Below are positions 61,880-64,000 of a stretch of DNA of 64,000 nt, one piece after another (position 1 is the stretch's first letter; every line of letters begins with the position of its first letter). Under the pieces are notes generated by a model. It had not been told where the DNA came from. It searched no databases and saw only the letters and a program-made list of their open reading frames with translations. The DNA lies in contig NC_069005.1 of NCBI RefSeq assembly GCF_001194135.2, positions 35,268,993 to 35,332,992 on the forward strand, given 5' to 3'. Source of the DNA: Octopus bimaculoides. Lineage: Eukaryota. The translations under genes were made by a program, and so were the position numbers.

Positions 61880-62950
61880 ATGCAGACAGAATATATCTAC
61901 CCTGCTCAGAAGGAGGCCGTAACCTGATACAAATAGAAAACTATTATGAATAACGACAGTTGGACTAGTAATGTATTTAGAAACAAAAAGAAGACTACTG
62001 CATGTAGTAAAACAGCTTTTGTCTATACACAAGGCGGCAACAAAATACAAAACAAATAAACTCCACACTGACACACTGACCTCAAATGAGAACATAGCAG
62101 AAATGGTGAGAGAGAGACAAAAATCAACATGAAAACTGAATTACAAAAGATACTGAAGAATAAAAAGGGAGAGAAAATTCAGTTCATAGCCAATCCCATG
62201 CAAGGCTTGACAAAGAGGAAGTAAGCCTAACTAAAAGTCAGCAATGGCTCAAAAGCTCTGGACTAAAAGCCGAAACGGAAGGATTGATTCTCGCTGCATA
62301 AGAAGACCAATGCATGTCTACAAACAATTATATAAAAAAAAAGAATGAAACAGGCCTCAACACCTATTGCAGAACGTGCAACTAGTACAATGAAAGTTGA
62401 CCACATCATCTGGGGTTACCCAGTCCTTGCCAAGTCTGAATATGTATACACACACGACAAAGTAAGCAATTATATCCACTGGACAATACGCTAACAATAC
62501 AACATCAAAATTGACAGCAGGTGGTATAAGCATGTGCCAAGCAAGGTAAAAGACAACGAATTAGGTCAGACTCATCTGGAATATGCCGGTTCAAACCGGC
62601 AAAGAAATAAAAGCTAATTGCCCAGACATAATAGTCAAGGACTGGGGGAAGAGAAAAAACAAAACACCTGTTTACTGATAAATACTGCAGTCCCTTCTGA
62701 TCAAAATATTGTCAAAAAAGTAGTGGAGAGATTGTTGAAGTACGAAGACCTCGATTGTTGAAGTACGAAGAATTCAAAATGTGGGGCATGAAGATAAAAA
62801 CAATATCAATAACTGGAGCATTGGGCAAGATAAAAAATCATATGAACGAAAATGTAGAAGCTATACCCGGATTCTCAACACAGCACACTGTCCAAAAAGT
62901 AGCCCTGCCATCTTTCCCTGGCGAGATAACTCACACATTGAAGTAGTTTG
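61880..62950 (+). mobile_element. R4/Dong-like non-LTR retrotransposon 3' remnant (zinc knuckle plus restriction-like endonuclease)
   Basis: 'TTVGLVMYLETKED..QWLKSSGLKAETEGLILAA..YCRTCN..VDHII.G.PVLAKSEY..HDKV..YIHW..IWNMPVQT..IKANCPDIIVKD..AVPSDQNI..KYEDL..MWGMK..GALG' shows the CCHC motif followed by a PD..D..K.KY-type RLE. Many stops. The clade assignment is from memory of the motifs. Confidence 0.75.
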
Positions 62951-63654
62951 ATAAAACCTTAAAATGTGATTTCGAAATTTGATCAATATAATCTTGTTTC
63001 TCATCAGGGGCTTCTATAACAACTCCTATTAGCTCGCATATATCTTGAGGTTAGTGCTTTTGTGTGGGTGTTCGAGTTAAATTTTTGCTCTCATTTCTAG
63101 CGATTGCAGGTGCATTTTGTGCCCTCATTTATTAATCATATGGCATCTGGTCAGATGATGACATTTATATTTTGATACAAAACTTAGAAGGAGAAAAGAA
63201 TGTTTAAGGAGTTTAAATCAGAAGAAATCAATAAAAAACCCGGCTGATGAATATTTATATGGTTGTGATAAATGATGGTATACTCCCGGAATAGTTATAA
63301 GGTATGTTCGTAGAAATGATATGAGATCGTGGATTAAGATAGGTCATCATAAGTAAAATCTAAAACTGAAAACGAAGGAAGAAGGTTGTGCAAACTGAGC
63401 CGTTTTAAGATTAGGCATGCAATTAGTGCAATTCCTTGCAAACAATCTGCAGCTAACATATAAATACGGACTATCTATTCACCTTCTTCCTTTTTTTCTG
63501 TTTGGGTTTTACTTGTGATGCCCGGCCTTAACCAACTATCTAGTAGTAATACTACAAACTTACCACATAATTGTTCCAGGAGTATATCAGCATATATCAC
63601 TACACTCCCTATTTTTTGATCTCTCGTCATTTTAAACGCCTTAAACAAGATTTA

Positions 63655-63860
63655 GGATCTATTTCAAAACGGGGGCACCAATTTTTTTCTTAAAGAAACA
63701 CTAACGAAACACTTTGAAACTTGGGACACTGGTAGAATGTGTCATATAAAACATCTTTTACTCTTAGTCTTCTTAACAAAAAAACGTAGATCGCAAGTTA
63801 TTCCATGTTAAAGTTGTCGTATTTCTGTAATTTCAACCAATAACTGACGTCCATTCAGCT
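63655..63860. mobile_element. second copy (opposite orientation, partial) of the same MITE
   Basis: GGATCTATTTCAAAACGGGGGCACC..GGGACACTGGTAGAATGTGTCATATAAAACATC.. is the reverse complement of about 60320-60499. Confidence 0.85.
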
Positions 63861-64000
63861 TAATAGAGTTACTGCTGGGCGGTCATAAAAATGTTATTCC
63901 CTGTGACATATTTCATCCGGTTTAATCGTAATTTATACGCATATATTGTTTATATAATAAATTACACTGTGCGTATCTATGTGTCTAACAATTTTAGAGT

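Noticed and set aside
1-64000. CRISPR array, operon-like or prokaryotic defence system; intact tRNA or rRNA genes
   Set aside because: No repeat-spacer periodicity and no long intronless ORF clusters. The tRNA-like segments are SINE heads without a full cloverleaf.

Overview
Eukaryotic, AT-rich, intron-rich genomic DNA from a gapped draft assembly (9 N-runs). The SINE/LINE families and (AT)n/(CA)n/(CAT)n microsatellites look like an octopod cephalopod genome (inference, not tested). Four protein-coding genes were reconstructed exon by exon with GT-AG boundaries and phase checks. POT1 (+) is 5'-partial: OB1, OB2 and the terminal exon are present, but most of the C-terminal OB3/HJRL region is not visible. 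TATDN3 (+) is complete with 12 exons, DENR (+) is complete with 6 coding exons, and GLT1D1 (-) is complete with 11 coding exons, tail-to-tail with DENR. The rest is mostly retroelement debris (RTE-type LINEs and their SINE-like tails, tRNA-derived SINEs, an R4/Dong-like RLE LINE), a Tc1 DD34E remnant and a hAT-type MITE with an 8-bp TSD. The least-explained signals are: (1) several minimal hammerhead-ribozyme-like motifs inside intronic repeats, one directly downstream of a tRNA-like Pol III head; (2) the missing POT1 C-terminal exons; (3) a long inverted repeat enclosing a perfect 34-bp palindrome; (4) a short uORF in the putative leader of the re-initiation factor DENR; (5) a frame-compensating splice acceptor in GLT1D1. 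No prokaryotic system or CRISPR array is present. All family assignments come from motif recognition by eye; no database search was run.
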